From Caulobacteraceae bacterium (GTDB lineage Bacteria > Pseudomonadota > Alphaproteobacteria > Caulobacterales > Caulobacteraceae), in the NCBI GenBank assembly GCA_025352165.1, contig JANXTX010000110.1, positions 20 through 64,019 on the forward strand: a DNA stretch of 64,000 bases, in the 5' to 3' direction. The position numbers and the translations under genes are program-made. Of the stretch, positions 31,516 to 41,122 are shown piece by piece (positions within the stretch are counted from its first letter, which is position 1; each line of letters opens with the position of its first letter). The notes beneath the pieces were generated by a model. That model saw nothing but the letters and a program-made list of their open reading frames with translations, did not search any database and had not been told where the DNA came from.

Positions 31516-32911
31516 TGGCGGCCTCGCCCTGGGCGATGTAGCGGTCGATCATCTGGTGATGATGGCGAATCCGCGTCTCGGTATAGCGGCCGAAATGTAC
31601 CAGCCCGTTGCCCGAAGCGTGCAGGCCTTCCTGGACGTAGGGCAGATTGCCCATGTCCTGGCTGAAGATGGTAATCAGCTGATCGCCCATCTCCGGCGCG
31701 TCGCTCCAGGGATCGTCGAGTCCCAGCTCATGAACGGGCACGGGCTTTGGCCGCGGCGCATTCTTTGGGACTGGCCTCAGGATGATCACATCCATGATGG
31801 CGCTTTCCGGATCCAGCCCGTTGGGGCGCCAGCGATAGGTGAGGTTGCTGGAAAATCCGGCCCAGAAGCTCATGTGGGGGAAGACGTTGTAGAGCAGCGA
31901 GTCGATCATTTCAGCGTCGCTGACGCTTGAGAGGTCGTTCCCCGATGTCAACATCGCCGCCTCGCGCGCCCGGGCCGCGACAAAGGCCCGCGCGCTCATA
32001 CCTTCGGGCAGACCGGCCACGTTGCCGCCCGCGAGCGACGAGCGGGTAAAGCCCTGCCCCAGCATATAGTCGACGATCTCCTGTTCGCTGAGCTCGCTTT
32101 CCAGAAGCGGGCTCTGCACCGCGCTGGCCGAGAACTGCCGCGATACATAGTCGTTGAGGATGTCGTACTGGCTGTTGCAATCGCCGATGCCCGGCAGGAT
32201 CTGCGGGTGGGTGGTCAGCGAATGGTGGCTCTCCATGAAGGCCTCTGCCGTCACCTTCCAGTTGGCGCGCACTTTTTTGGAGACGTGAACCGCCTTGTAG
32301 CGATTGGCGTAGTCATAGCCTACGAAATCGTCGATCAGCGGGCCCATGATCTGGGCCAGTGGCGGCGCGCCATGGTCCATGTTGATGAAGATGAAGCCTC
32401 CCCAGCGGTCGACATTTGCCTGCGGCAGGTCGATATCCTCACCCTCCCATTGCGGGAAGTCCCAGCCGATCGGATTGTCCTTGAAGGTTCCATCGGGGTT
32501 CCAGGCGATGCCATGATACGGGCAGCGGAATTCCGACTTGCAGCCGTTGAGCGTTACCAGTTTGCGGCCGCGATGAAGGCAGGCGTTGTAGAAGGCCTTG
32601 AATTCGTCTGGGCCAGCGCGCACGATGATGAACGATTTGCCGACATTCTCGTAGATGAAGTAGTCACCGACATTGGGGATATCCTCATCGCGCCCGGCCA
32701 TTTGCCAGACCCGCGGCCACAGATGGGCGCGTTCCTTCTCAAAGAAGGCCGGATCGAAATACCGCGAGGCCGCCACCGGCTCGATGCCGATTTCGCGCAA
32801 TCCGCGCTGTCGAAGGAAATCCGGCGCGGGAACCAGATCCCGATCCAGAATGTCCTCATAGGAGTCGGCCGGATGCCGATCGGCTCGAAAAGTGCGTTCC
32901 GGTTTGTTCAC
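31508..32911 (-). CDS. aromatic ring-hydroxylating oxygenase alpha subunit (Rieske 2Fe-2S)
   Basis: 467 aa with the Rieske motif CLHRGRKL...CPYHGIAW. Confidence 0.8.
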   Translation of the reverse strand: MNKPERTFRADRHPADSYEDILDRDLVPAPDFLRQRGLREIGIEPVAASRYFDPAFFEKERAHLWPRVWQMAGRDEDIPNVGDYFIYENVGKSFIIVRAGPDEFKAFYNACLHRGRKLVTLNGCKSEFRCPYHGIAWNPDGTFKDNPIGWDFPQWEGEDIDLPQANVDRWGGFIFINMDHGAPPLAQIMGPLIDDFVGYDYANRYKAVHVSKKVRANWKVTAEAFMESHHSLTTHPQILPGIGDCNSQYDILNDYVSRQFSASAVQSPLLESELSEQEIVDYMLGQGFTRSSLAGGNVAGLPEGMSARAFVAARAREAAMLTSGNDLSSVSDAEMIDSLLYNVFPHMSFWAGFSSNLTYRWRPNGLDPESAIMDVIILRPVPKNAPRPKPVPVHELGLDDPWSDAPEMGDQLITIFSQDMGNLPYVQEGLHASGNGLVHFGRYTETRIRHHHQMIDRYIAQGEAAIK

Positions 32912-33423
32912 GTCCCGATCTCCCGTTCGAAGTGGCGCCCGTTAGCCGGGCGCCCCAAAACTAGTACATGTTGGACTTTCTGGATATCACCAAGTCGCGC
33001 GCGTGAAGCGGGTTGAACCGTGCGGGCAAACACGGACAAGATCATCGACAGACGCATCTCCATCCCGATTGATGGATTGTGATCTCGTGGCGGCGCACAG
33101 TCGGTGTGCTATCGATCGCGCCTTACCGGCGGTCGAGCGGGTCTTCCATGGACATGACCGACAGAAACACATCATGTTTGTGAGGGTTGGAGCGTTTCAG
33201 GGCTGTGGGCGAGCCAATCCTGAGCGCCACATGTTACGGTGATGACTGTCGGAAGTTCGCCTTTGCTGACCTCCCGCGCCGGTTTCCCGGATCGATGGTC
33301 ATCTCTCCATGGTCATTTTGGAGTCAGCTTACGATGCCTGCCGCTGCCGAAGGCTTGCGGTGAAGCGCGCCCGCGAGACTGGCGCCGGCACGCCAAAACC
33401 GGCGACTACGGGCGCATTGCCAA

Positions 33424-34041
33424 TCAGGGCCGGATTGTTTCATCCGTTGTCGCCGGCTGCCGCGCCACGTAGGCGTAGAGCAGGCTGAATCGCAAATCAT
33501 GGCCTGGTGCTCCCGGTTCAGCGCCTTCCAAGTGAACGATGTAGCGGACCCCACCGGACACGGACTCCAGCTGATAGACGATGGGGTCAAAGCCAGGGTC
33601 GACATTAACGGGCTTGAGGTCCGGCACAGCATGCGCCCGTGCGAAGATGACCGCCTGGAAGTTTCGGTCCACCGGCAGCTGCGGGGCGTGGAACTCGCAA
33701 CGCTGCGGTGACGGCTCGGATATCACCAACAGATTGCCCAGCCTGCCTGTCGTCCAGACCGGTGAGTCAGAGGGAGTGATCGGTCCGGCCCACTTCCGAT
33801 CCTCGGCCCCGGCGGGCTCGACCTTCATCGCTATGGCGTCGCCCAATTCCCTGATCGACTGCCCGCCCTCACGCGATTGCAGGCAATCCATGAGGGCCCC
33901 GCCGAAGATCATGATTGCGTCTTCATTCGTAATGCCGGGTGCAGGTTGTGTAGCCGGCGGAGGGTCTGCGGCGATAGCGACAGGCGGCCGCAGCCCCGCA
34001 CTCAACATCATCAAGCCCGCCGCCACCGCCATCCACCGCAT
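33424..34041 (-). CDS. secreted hypothetical protein
   Basis: 205 aa with a signal peptide (MRWMAVAAGLMMLSAGL...AIAA). No family recognised. Confidence 0.5.
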   Translation of the reverse strand: MRWMAVAAGLMMLSAGLRPPVAIAADPPPATQPAPGITNEDAIMIFGGALMDCLQSREGGQSIRELGDAIAMKVEPAGAEDRKWAGPITPSDSPVWTTGRLGNLLVISEPSPQRCEFHAPQLPVDRNFQAVIFARAHAVPDLKPVNVDPGFDPIVYQLESVSGGVRYIVHLEGAEPGAPGHDLRFSLLYAYVARQPATTDETIRP

Positions 34042-34188
34042 CCGCGCGCTCTTAAAGGAAGGTGAATATTCGCCTCCGACAAGTTTAGCGTACTCCGAGC
34101 GTGGCTACCTGTCGTCGGGGGAGGCGGCGCGCCTGTCAGCCGTAGGGGGGCTTGCAACTTTCGCCCTAGGGCTTTGAAGTACCGTCCC

Positions 34189-35388
34189 CTATTGCCGCCC
34201 GCGCTGCTTGTAGCGGGCGCGGTTGGCCTTGGTGATCTGCACCCATTCGCGGCGCTTGGCGGCGCGCAGGGCGGGGTCTTCCCTGCTTTGCAGGAACGTC
34301 AGTTCGCGCTGTAGCTTCTGGAAGCCAAGCCAGCGACCCTCGTCGAGTTCGCCGGCCTCGAGCGCCGCCCGCACCGCGCAGCCGGGCTCGTTGGTGTGTC
34401 CGCAGTCCCCGAAGCGGCAATGCGCGGCGATCGCCTCTATGTCCTCGAAAGTCGCGGCGAGGCCTTCTTCGCTGTCCCATAGGCCAAGTTCTCGCATGCC
34501 GGGAGTATCCAGCAGCAGTCCCCCGCCGGGCAGCAGGATCAGTTCGCGGTGCGAGGTGGTATGGCGGCCCCGGGCGTCGGCCTCGCGGATTTCGCGGGTG
34601 ACCATATGCTCCTCGCCGAGGAGGGCGTTGGCGAGGGTGGATTTGCCGGCGCCGGAGCTGCCGACCATAACCGCGGTTCGCCCCGGCGGGATGTGGCCGA
34701 GCACCGCATCGAGGCCCTCGCCCCTGGTCGAGCTGAGCGCGAGCACCGGAGCCCCGCCTGCGAACGCCTCTACATCGCCGATCGCGCCGGCGACATCCTC
34801 GCAAAGATCGGCCTTGGTCAGCAAAACCACTGGCGCCGCGCCGCTCTGCCACGCCGCGGCCAGATAGCGCTCCAGCCGCCTCGGATTCAGGTCGGCGTTC
34901 AACGATGCAACCAGGAACGCGACATCGACATTGGCGGCCACGATCTGCATGCCGCCGCCAGGTCCGGATGCCTTGCGGACGAACGCCGTGCGCCGGTTGA
35001 GGACGTGATGAATGGTCGCTTCACCCTCGCCCTCCGGGCTGAGCGCAACCCAGTCGCCCGCGGCGGGATAGCCGCCGGGCAGCGCCTCACGGGCGAGACG
35101 GCCGGAAATCTGACCGCGAAGCTCTCCGGCCGGAGTCGCCAGTCTATAGAGTCCGCGTTGCTGCAGTATCACCCTTCCAGGTAGCAGGCCTGCGGCGTGA
35201 TGAGGTGTGAATTCTTCCTGGAGCGCCTGGCTCCAGCCATAGGTGTCTAACAATGGTGTGGTCTTTCGATCGGCGTGACGGAGCGCCGCCGATCGAAGCG
35301 ATGTCGCATCTAGCGGCGGGCGCGGCGGAGGGTGCGGCTGACGGATACAGTCATCTTGGCTAACCCTCCTTCCCGCCGGGATCGACAT
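34189..35388 (-). CDS. rsgA: ribosome small subunit-dependent GTPase A
   Basis: P-loop VGSSGAGKSTL and the C-terminal zinc cluster CRFGDCGHTNEPGCAV. The start may lie downstream of the track ATG. Confidence 0.8.
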   Translation of the reverse strand: MSIPAGRRVSQDDCIRQPHPPPRPPLDATSLRSAALRHADRKTTPLLDTYGWSQALQEEFTPHHAAGLLPGRVILQQRGLYRLATPAGELRGQISGRLAREALPGGYPAAGDWVALSPEGEGEATIHHVLNRRTAFVRKASGPGGGMQIVAANVDVAFLVASLNADLNPRRLERYLAAAWQSGAAPVVLLTKADLCEDVAGAIGDVEAFAGGAPVLALSSTRGEGLDAVLGHIPPGRTAVMVGSSGAGKSTLANALLGEEHMVTREIREADARGRHTTSHRELILLPGGGLLLDTPGMRELGLWDSEEGLAATFEDIEAIAAHCRFGDCGHTNEPGCAVRAALEAGELDEGRWLGFQKLQRELTFLQSREDPALRAAKRREWVQITKANRARYKQRGRQ

Positions 35389-35511
35389 GGCGAGTTAGGC
35401 ATGCCGCACGTTTGCCGTCAATGTTTGGCCCGCGTCGCCGGCAAACTTGCGCTCCGCGCCGCATCCGTCGAGGATGGCGCAAAACTGCGGTAAACGACGG
35501 GGCCCACATCC

Positions 35512-36864
35512 ATGAACGAGCACAATGCTCCCCAATCGCCGCCGACGCTGCTTCGCATCCTGGGACTGGCGTTCGGACTGGCGGTCGTGGTCGGCGGCAT
35601 GGTCGGGTCCGGGATCATGCGGGCGCCGGGCGTGGTCGCGAAGGGCATCAACAGCCCGCCGCTGATCCTGCTCGCCTGGGTGATCGGCGGGGCAATCGCG
35701 CTGATTTCGGCGATGCCGCTGGTGGAGGCCGGCGCATCGGTGCCGATGGCGGGCGGCGCCTATCCGATCGCCCGGCGCGCTTTTGGGCCCACCGCGGGTT
35801 TCCTGACGGGATGGATCAGCTGGCTGCAATATGTCGCCTCCAATGCGTTCATTGCAGTCGTCTTCGGCGAATACATCCATCGCCTGGGCATGGCGCCAGG
35901 GATGTCGACATCCCTCCTAGCGGTGGCGCTGATTGCGGGCGTCTCGCTGGTCAATCTGTTGGGCACGCGGATCAGCGGATCGTCGCAAAGCATCGCCAGC
36001 GCCATCAAGGGCGCGGCCTTCATCGTGCTGGCGGTGGTGCTGTTCGCCTCGAAACATGCTCCGCCAATGCCGGCGCCGGCTGATCACGTGGCGGCGCTGG
36101 TCGGCGTCACCAGCATCGGCGGGCTGGTGATGGCCATTCGCGTCATTTACCAGACCTACGCCGGCTGGGACGCGGCGATCTATTTCTCCGAGGAAGTGAA
36201 ACGGCCCGACCGCAACGTCGCGCGGGCGACGTTCGGCGGCATCGCTGCCGTCATGCTGCTCTATGTGGTGGTGAACGCCGCAGTTCTGCATGTGCTTGAT
36301 CCGGCCGCGATCGCCGGGTCCGAGTTGGCGGTCGGTGACGCCGCAAAGGTGTCTTTCGGGCCGATCGCCGACACGGTGATTACCGCAATGGGCCTGTTCT
36401 CGCTCGCGGCGATCGTCAACCTGCAGACCATGGCCGCGCCGCGCATCACCTTCCGCATGGCCATGGACGGAGCGGCGCCGACAGCGCTGGCCCGCGTGGC
36501 GCCTGGTGGCGCACCGTGGCTGGGCGTTGTCGTCGCGTCGGGCGGCGCTGCGCTATTCGCGGCCACGGGAAGCTATGAGAGCATCGTGCGGATCTATGCG
36601 CCCTGGACCATGGCGGCGATCATGGTGATCTGCCTGTGCGCAATCCGTCTGCGGGTGGTCGAGCCCGATCTGCCCCGACCGTGGAAGATGCCGTTCTTCC
36701 CTTGGGTCGCCGTTGTCGGGGCAACTATTCAGGCATCCCTGATCCTCGTGGTCGTGTTGGACGATCCCGTCGCGGGACTGGAGTCCGCGATCGCCGCAGT
36801 GGCGCCTTTGCCGCTCTACCTGCTGCTGAAAGGCGCATGGAAGCGTGACGCCGAGGGGCTGTAG
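35512..36864 (+). CDS. APC-family amino acid permease
   Basis: 450 aa, polytopic membrane protein with an APC-like N-terminus (GLAVVVGGMVGSGIM). Confidence 0.75.
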   Translation: MNEHNAPQSPPTLLRILGLAFGLAVVVGGMVGSGIMRAPGVVAKGINSPPLILLAWVIGGAIALISAMPLVEAGASVPMAGGAYPIARRAFGPTAGFLTGWISWLQYVASNAFIAVVFGEYIHRLGMAPGMSTSLLAVALIAGVSLVNLLGTRISGSSQSIASAIKGAAFIVLAVVLFASKHAPPMPAPADHVAALVGVTSIGGLVMAIRVIYQTYAGWDAAIYFSEEVKRPDRNVARATFGGIAAVMLLYVVVNAAVLHVLDPAAIAGSELAVGDAAKVSFGPIADTVITAMGLFSLAAIVNLQTMAAPRITFRMAMDGAAPTALARVAPGGAPWLGVVVASGGAALFAATGSYESIVRIYAPWTMAAIMVICLCAIRLRVVEPDLPRPWKMPFFPWVAVVGATIQASLILVVVLDDPVAGLESAIAAVAPLPLYLLLKGAWKRDAEGL

Positions 36865-36900
36865 AGGCCTGGGAGCGGGCGCTATGAAACGGAGAAACGA

Positions 36901-37710
36901 ATGAACTACGAATCGGCGCTGAAGGACTATCAGCGGTTCGATTTTACCGACCCGCAGGGGCGGTGGACCCGACCGGTCTGGCGGCGCGGAACCGGCCCGG
37001 CCGTGATCATCATCCACGAAATACCGGGTCTGCATCCGCTGGTGATCCGTTTCGCGGACCGGGTGGCGGCGGCCGGCATGACGGTGTTTTGCCCCAGCCT
37101 GTTCGGCGATCCTGGTCGACCCGTCTCGGTCCCCTATGCGCTGGGAACGATGGCCAAGGCGATCTGCATCAGTCGAGAGTTCAATGTCTGGGCGACTGAC
37201 AAGTCGAGCCCGATCGTCGACTGGTTACGGGCGCTTGCGGCGCACGCGCACGCCGAATGCGGCGGCAAGGGCGTCGGCGCGATCGGCATGTGCTTCACCG
37301 GAAATTTCGCCCTGGCGATGATGGCCGAACCATCGGTGGTGGCGCCGGTGATGTCACAGCCGTCATTACCATTGCCGTTTGGGTCACGACTGCGCCCTGC
37401 CGGCATCGGTGTGTCACCCGAAGAGATCGCCTGCGCCAAACGGAGGTTCGCCGACGAGGACCTGTCGATGATCGGGCTGCGGTTCTTTGGCGACGCTGTC
37501 GTGCCGGATGCGCGGTTCGACTCACTGAAGTCCGTCTTCGGCGACAAGTTTGAGGCGATCGAAATCGATCCGAAGGATGGCCGGCAGGATCCGCGTATGG
37601 CGCCGCATTCGGTCCTGACGATTCACCTCAACGATGACGACCCCGACGGACCGACCAAGCAGGCGGAGCAGAGGGTCATCGAGTTTTTCCGCACCCGCAC
37701 CGGCGCCTGA
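36901..37710 (+). CDS. dienelactone hydrolase family protein
   Basis: 269 aa with the G-x-C-x-G nucleophile elbow (GMCFTGNFA). Confidence 0.72.
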   Translation: MNYESALKDYQRFDFTDPQGRWTRPVWRRGTGPAVIIIHEIPGLHPLVIRFADRVAAAGMTVFCPSLFGDPGRPVSVPYALGTMAKAICISREFNVWATDKSSPIVDWLRALAAHAHAECGGKGVGAIGMCFTGNFALAMMAEPSVVAPVMSQPSLPLPFGSRLRPAGIGVSPEEIACAKRRFADEDLSMIGLRFFGDAVVPDARFDSLKSVFGDKFEAIEIDPKDGRQDPRMAPHSVLTIHLNDDDPDGPTKQAEQRVIEFFRTRTGA

Positions 37711-37756
37711 CAACGCGGCGACCGCAACCAACAATGATCTGGAGACCAGGACGGAC

Positions 37757-39274
37757 ATGAAACGATTTATAACCGGCATCTGCGCGGCGGCGATGTTGGC
37801 GGGTGCGGCCTCCGCGCAATCGCCGAAAGTGACTGTAGACTCAGGCGCCCTGGTCGGAATCGCGGACGGCAAGGTGCTTTCCTTCAAGGGTGTGCCCTAT
37901 GCGGCGGCGCCGGTCGGCCCGTTGCGCTGGGAGCCTCCGGCGAAGGCGCCGACATGGAGAGGTGAGCGAAAGGCCGATGGCTATGGGCCGGTCTGTCCGC
38001 AGCCGATCAATGCTGAAGGCTCGCCAAACTTGGGCGGAGCCAGCGGTCCGACCGGCGAGGACTGCCTGTTCCTCAACGTCTGGGCGCCGCGCGGCGCCAG
38101 GCATGCGCCGGTGATGGTCTGGCTGCATGGCGGCGGCAATACCGAGGGCGCGGGTTCGCTCGGCGCCTACGACGGGTCGGCGTTCGTGCGCGACGGTGTG
38201 ATCCTTGTAACCGTGAACTACCGTCTGGGCGCGCTCGGCTTTTTTGCGCACCCGGCGCTGACCAGGGCCGCCCATCCCGGCGATCCGCTGGTCGGCTACG
38301 GCAACATGGATCAGATCGCCGCCCTTCGGTGGGTGCGGCGGAATATCGCGGCCTTTGGAGGAGACCCCGCCAATGTGACGCTGTTCGGCGAGTCGGCGGG
38401 CGGGATCGACACGCTGATCCTGATGGCCTCACCCTTGGCGAAGGGCCTGTTCGCCAAGGCGATCGTTGAATCGGGCGCCGGCTGGGCGCCACCCAAGACG
38501 ATGGCCAAGGCGGAATCGCAAGGTCAGCGGATCGCCGTCAAAGCCGGCGCCCCGGCGGACGCTAGCGTCGAGCAGCTGCGCGCCCTGCCGGTTTCCGCGT
38601 TGGCGAATGGCGATGAGAACGACGACTTCGGTCCGGCGGTCGACGGGCGACTATTGACCGAGTCCGTCAGTCAAGCCTTCGCTGCCGGCCACGCGGCGAA
38701 TGTCCCGTTGGTGATCGGCGCCAACAGTTACGAGGCCTCGCTCATGACCTCGATGAAGCTGTCGCCGACGGCGGTGCTCGGATTCACCCCCGCTTCCCTA
38801 AAGTCGGTCTATGGCGAGGAGACCACGGATTCGGCCAAGGCCGCGGCGATCTTCACCGACTACTTCATGGGCGCGCCCGGGCGCTGGATTGCTTCCCAGG
38901 CTACCGGGCCGGCCTATCTCTACCATTTCGCCTATGTGCTCGACATGCAGCGCGGAAAAGTACCGGGCGCAGGGCATGATACCGAAATCCCCTTTGTGTT
39001 CGACAGCTGGTCCACGCTTGGCGCCCTGGGCGCCGGCCTGACCCTCAGCGATGGTGACAAGGCGATGACCCGGCTCGTGCATTCGTGCTGGGTCGCGTTC
39101 GCCAGATCCGGGGTCCCGAAATGCGAAGGCGCGGCGCCGTGGCCGCTCTATCGGGCGGATACCGATACGCTGATGGATTTCGACGTTTCGCCGGGGCCCA
39201 GAACGCATTTCCGCAAGACCCAGTACGACGCGCAGGAAGCGGCCGTGCTTCCAACCCTCTCCTTGCCGAAATAG
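37757..39274 (+). CDS. carboxylesterase type B (para-nitrobenzyl esterase-like), secreted
   Basis: Signal peptide after the ATG at 37757 (GGAG upstream), the GESAGG nucleophile motif and an HGGG oxyanion loop. Confidence 0.85.
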   Translation: MKRFITGICAAAMLAGAASAQSPKVTVDSGALVGIADGKVLSFKGVPYAAAPVGPLRWEPPAKAPTWRGERKADGYGPVCPQPINAEGSPNLGGASGPTGEDCLFLNVWAPRGARHAPVMVWLHGGGNTEGAGSLGAYDGSAFVRDGVILVTVNYRLGALGFFAHPALTRAAHPGDPLVGYGNMDQIAALRWVRRNIAAFGGDPANVTLFGESAGGIDTLILMASPLAKGLFAKAIVESGAGWAPPKTMAKAESQGQRIAVKAGAPADASVEQLRALPVSALANGDENDDFGPAVDGRLLTESVSQAFAAGHAANVPLVIGANSYEASLMTSMKLSPTAVLGFTPASLKSVYGEETTDSAKAAAIFTDYFMGAPGRWIASQATGPAYLYHFAYVLDMQRGKVPGAGHDTEIPFVFDSWSTLGALGAGLTLSDGDKAMTRLVHSCWVAFARSGVPKCEGAAPWPLYRADTDTLMDFDVSPGPRTHFRKTQYDAQEAAVLPTLSLPK

Positions 39275-39388
39275 CAGGGCCTTTCACGATCGGTGGGACA
39301 GGAGACGGGACGCCTGTTACATTGAATTCCGGCCGAGCGGCGGATCAACGCCGGCTCTCGGCATGAGGCGGAAACGGGATCAGCAACG

Positions 39389-39928
39389 GTGAAGGATCGC
39401 AGGATCGCCCTGCTGCGGGGCATCAATGTCGGCCGGGCCAAGCGGGTGGCCATGGCGGACCTCCGTGCGGTGGTCGAAGGCCTCGGCTACAGTGACGTTC
39501 GCACAGTGCTGAACAGCGGCAATGTTGTTTTCTCCGCGCCCGGCGAGACAGCGGATCGGGCCGCCCACCGTATCGAGGCGGCGCTGCCTGGCGCTCTGGG
39601 AGTCGCCTCGAAGGTCACCGCCCTGACGGCCGAGACACTGGCGGCGATTGTCGCGGAGAACCCGCTGAAGGTTGGCGCCGGCAGTCCTTCCCGACTACTG
39701 GTGGTTTTTCTTAGCAAGGCGTCCGACCGTAGCAGGCTCGATTCACTGGTCGACCATGATTGGGCGCCGGATGTCCTGGGCCTGGGGCCACGGGCAGCCT
39801 ACCTGTGGTGCCCGCAGGGATTCCTGGTCAGCCGCCTCGCCGAATCCGCCGGCCGCGCCCTCGGCCCCGCCGCGACGACCCGCAACTGGGGCACGGTGAT
39901 GAAGCTGCACGCGATCGCCTGCGTATGA
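39389..39928 (+). CDS. DUF1697 domain protein
   Basis: 179 aa with the N-terminal ALLRGINVGRAKRVAMADLR pattern typical of DUF1697. GTG start. Confidence 0.68.
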   Translation: MKDRRIALLRGINVGRAKRVAMADLRAVVEGLGYSDVRTVLNSGNVVFSAPGETADRAAHRIEAALPGALGVASKVTALTAETLAAIVAENPLKVGAGSPSRLLVVFLSKASDRSRLDSLVDHDWAPDVLGLGPRAAYLWCPQGFLVSRLAESAGRALGPAATTRNWGTVMKLHAIACV

Positions 39929-39941
39929 GCCCAATGGCTGG

Positions 39942-41024
39942 CTAGTTCGATAGTCCGGTGATGGCCTGGCGGATGGCGAGGAGGGACTGGCCGGCAACCA
40001 TGCCCTTCCAGTCGTCGGTGTCGCCGTAGAACGCGTTGCGGACCTGCGCCTTGATCGCCTTGCCTTGCGGCGAGGCGACATCACCGTGGGCGTGCAGCCA
40101 GGCGTCGGCCCGCAGCGCGGTCAGCACTTCGATTAGTGATTGCGTGCCGACTTCAAGCGCCATGCCGGTGCATTCCGCGCGCGGCAGAAGGCCGGGAAGG
40201 GCGCCGAGGTTGTCGCCGGTGATGTCGGCGGAGGTCGAGGTGCCATCGGCCGGCGACGTGATCGACGCGCCCCACCATTTGGTGGCGCGAGCGAATGCGG
40301 GGCTGCCCCGTCTGTCGGTGAGAATCTGCTCGCCGTAACCCCACGGGCCAAGACCGGTGTGAAAGTCGATTACCCCGACCCTGCCGGCCTGACCCAGGTG
40401 GCTCTGCAGGATCTCGCTCTGGGTGCGTCGCGACCAGGTCGGTCCGGCGCCGCCATAAAAGACGCCCTCGGGATGGCTGAATTGACCGCCGCTGACCGCC
40501 TGTTGCAGGGCGGGGAAGCCGTTCTGTGCGGCGAATTCGGCCAACGCCGTGGCGCTGTCCGCCTGCGCCGCCTCATCCCAGACCGGAGGGCAGATGGCGG
40601 AGCTCAATGCATCGTAAGCAGGGTTGGCGGGGAGTGGGGCGCCGAAGTCGACCCAGTTGCGATTGAGATCGACGTTGTCTTCCGTCACCCGCCGTAGCCA
40701 GGCGAAGCCGTAGGGATTGATGGCGTGGATGACCATCACCGCCAGCCCCAGGGGGAGCCGGGAAGCCTCGTCTCGCCGCAGCCAGTCGACCTGCGCGCCC
40801 GACCCGCAGAAACCCTCGACGCCATGCGTGGCGCTGACCAGCACCAACACCGCCTCGGCCGAGCGCGGCCCAAACCAGGCGATATCTGTGGCGAGCTCGT
40901 CTCCGCCGGGGCCACGATCGGGATGGCCGACGCTCTCGATCTTGCCGCCAGCCTCTCGCGCCGCCAGCAGGAACTTGGAACGCGCGTCCCGGTAGTCGGT
41001 GGCGAAGCTTTGGGCAGAGTTCAT
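39942..41024 (-). CDS. DUF2817 / M14 carboxypeptidase-like protein
   Basis: The HGVEGFCGSG segment and overall layout recall DUF2817. Start taken at the internal ATG (41024); the track start is 41084. Confidence 0.5.
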   Translation of the reverse strand: MNSAQSFATDYRDARSKFLLAAREAGGKIESVGHPDRGPGGDELATDIAWFGPRSAEAVLVLVSATHGVEGFCGSGAQVDWLRRDEASRLPLGLAVMVIHAINPYGFAWLRRVTEDNVDLNRNWVDFGAPLPANPAYDALSSAICPPVWDEAAQADSATALAEFAAQNGFPALQQAVSGGQFSHPEGVFYGGAGPTWSRRTQSEILQSHLGQAGRVGVIDFHTGLGPWGYGEQILTDRRGSPAFARATKWWGASITSPADGTSTSADITGDNLGALPGLLPRAECTGMALEVGTQSLIEVLTALRADAWLHAHGDVASPQGKAIKAQVRNAFYGDTDDWKGMVAGQSLLAIRQAITGLSN

Positions 41025-41122
41025 GGCCGTGGTCCATTCCGGGCTGGCTTGAAGGTTCACCGACCATATACGGAGTTGGGCCACCGCGCAGCCCGCCTCC
41101 CGCAGGGCCGAGGCCTCACATC

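Noticed and set aside
32912-33423. 512-bp gap between the Rieske oxygenase start and the next gene: looked for a regulator pseudogene or sRNA
   Set aside because: The ORFs in the gap (33003..33242, 33239..33472, 32987..33175) have no recognisable motifs. No repeats or structured elements stood out. Treated as promoter/terminator DNA.
34166-34867. 228-aa minus-strand and 214-aa plus-strand alternate-frame ORFs inside rsgA
   Set aside because: The rsgA frame carries the P-loop and zinc-cluster motifs. These alternates are Arg/Gly/Pro-rich shadows.
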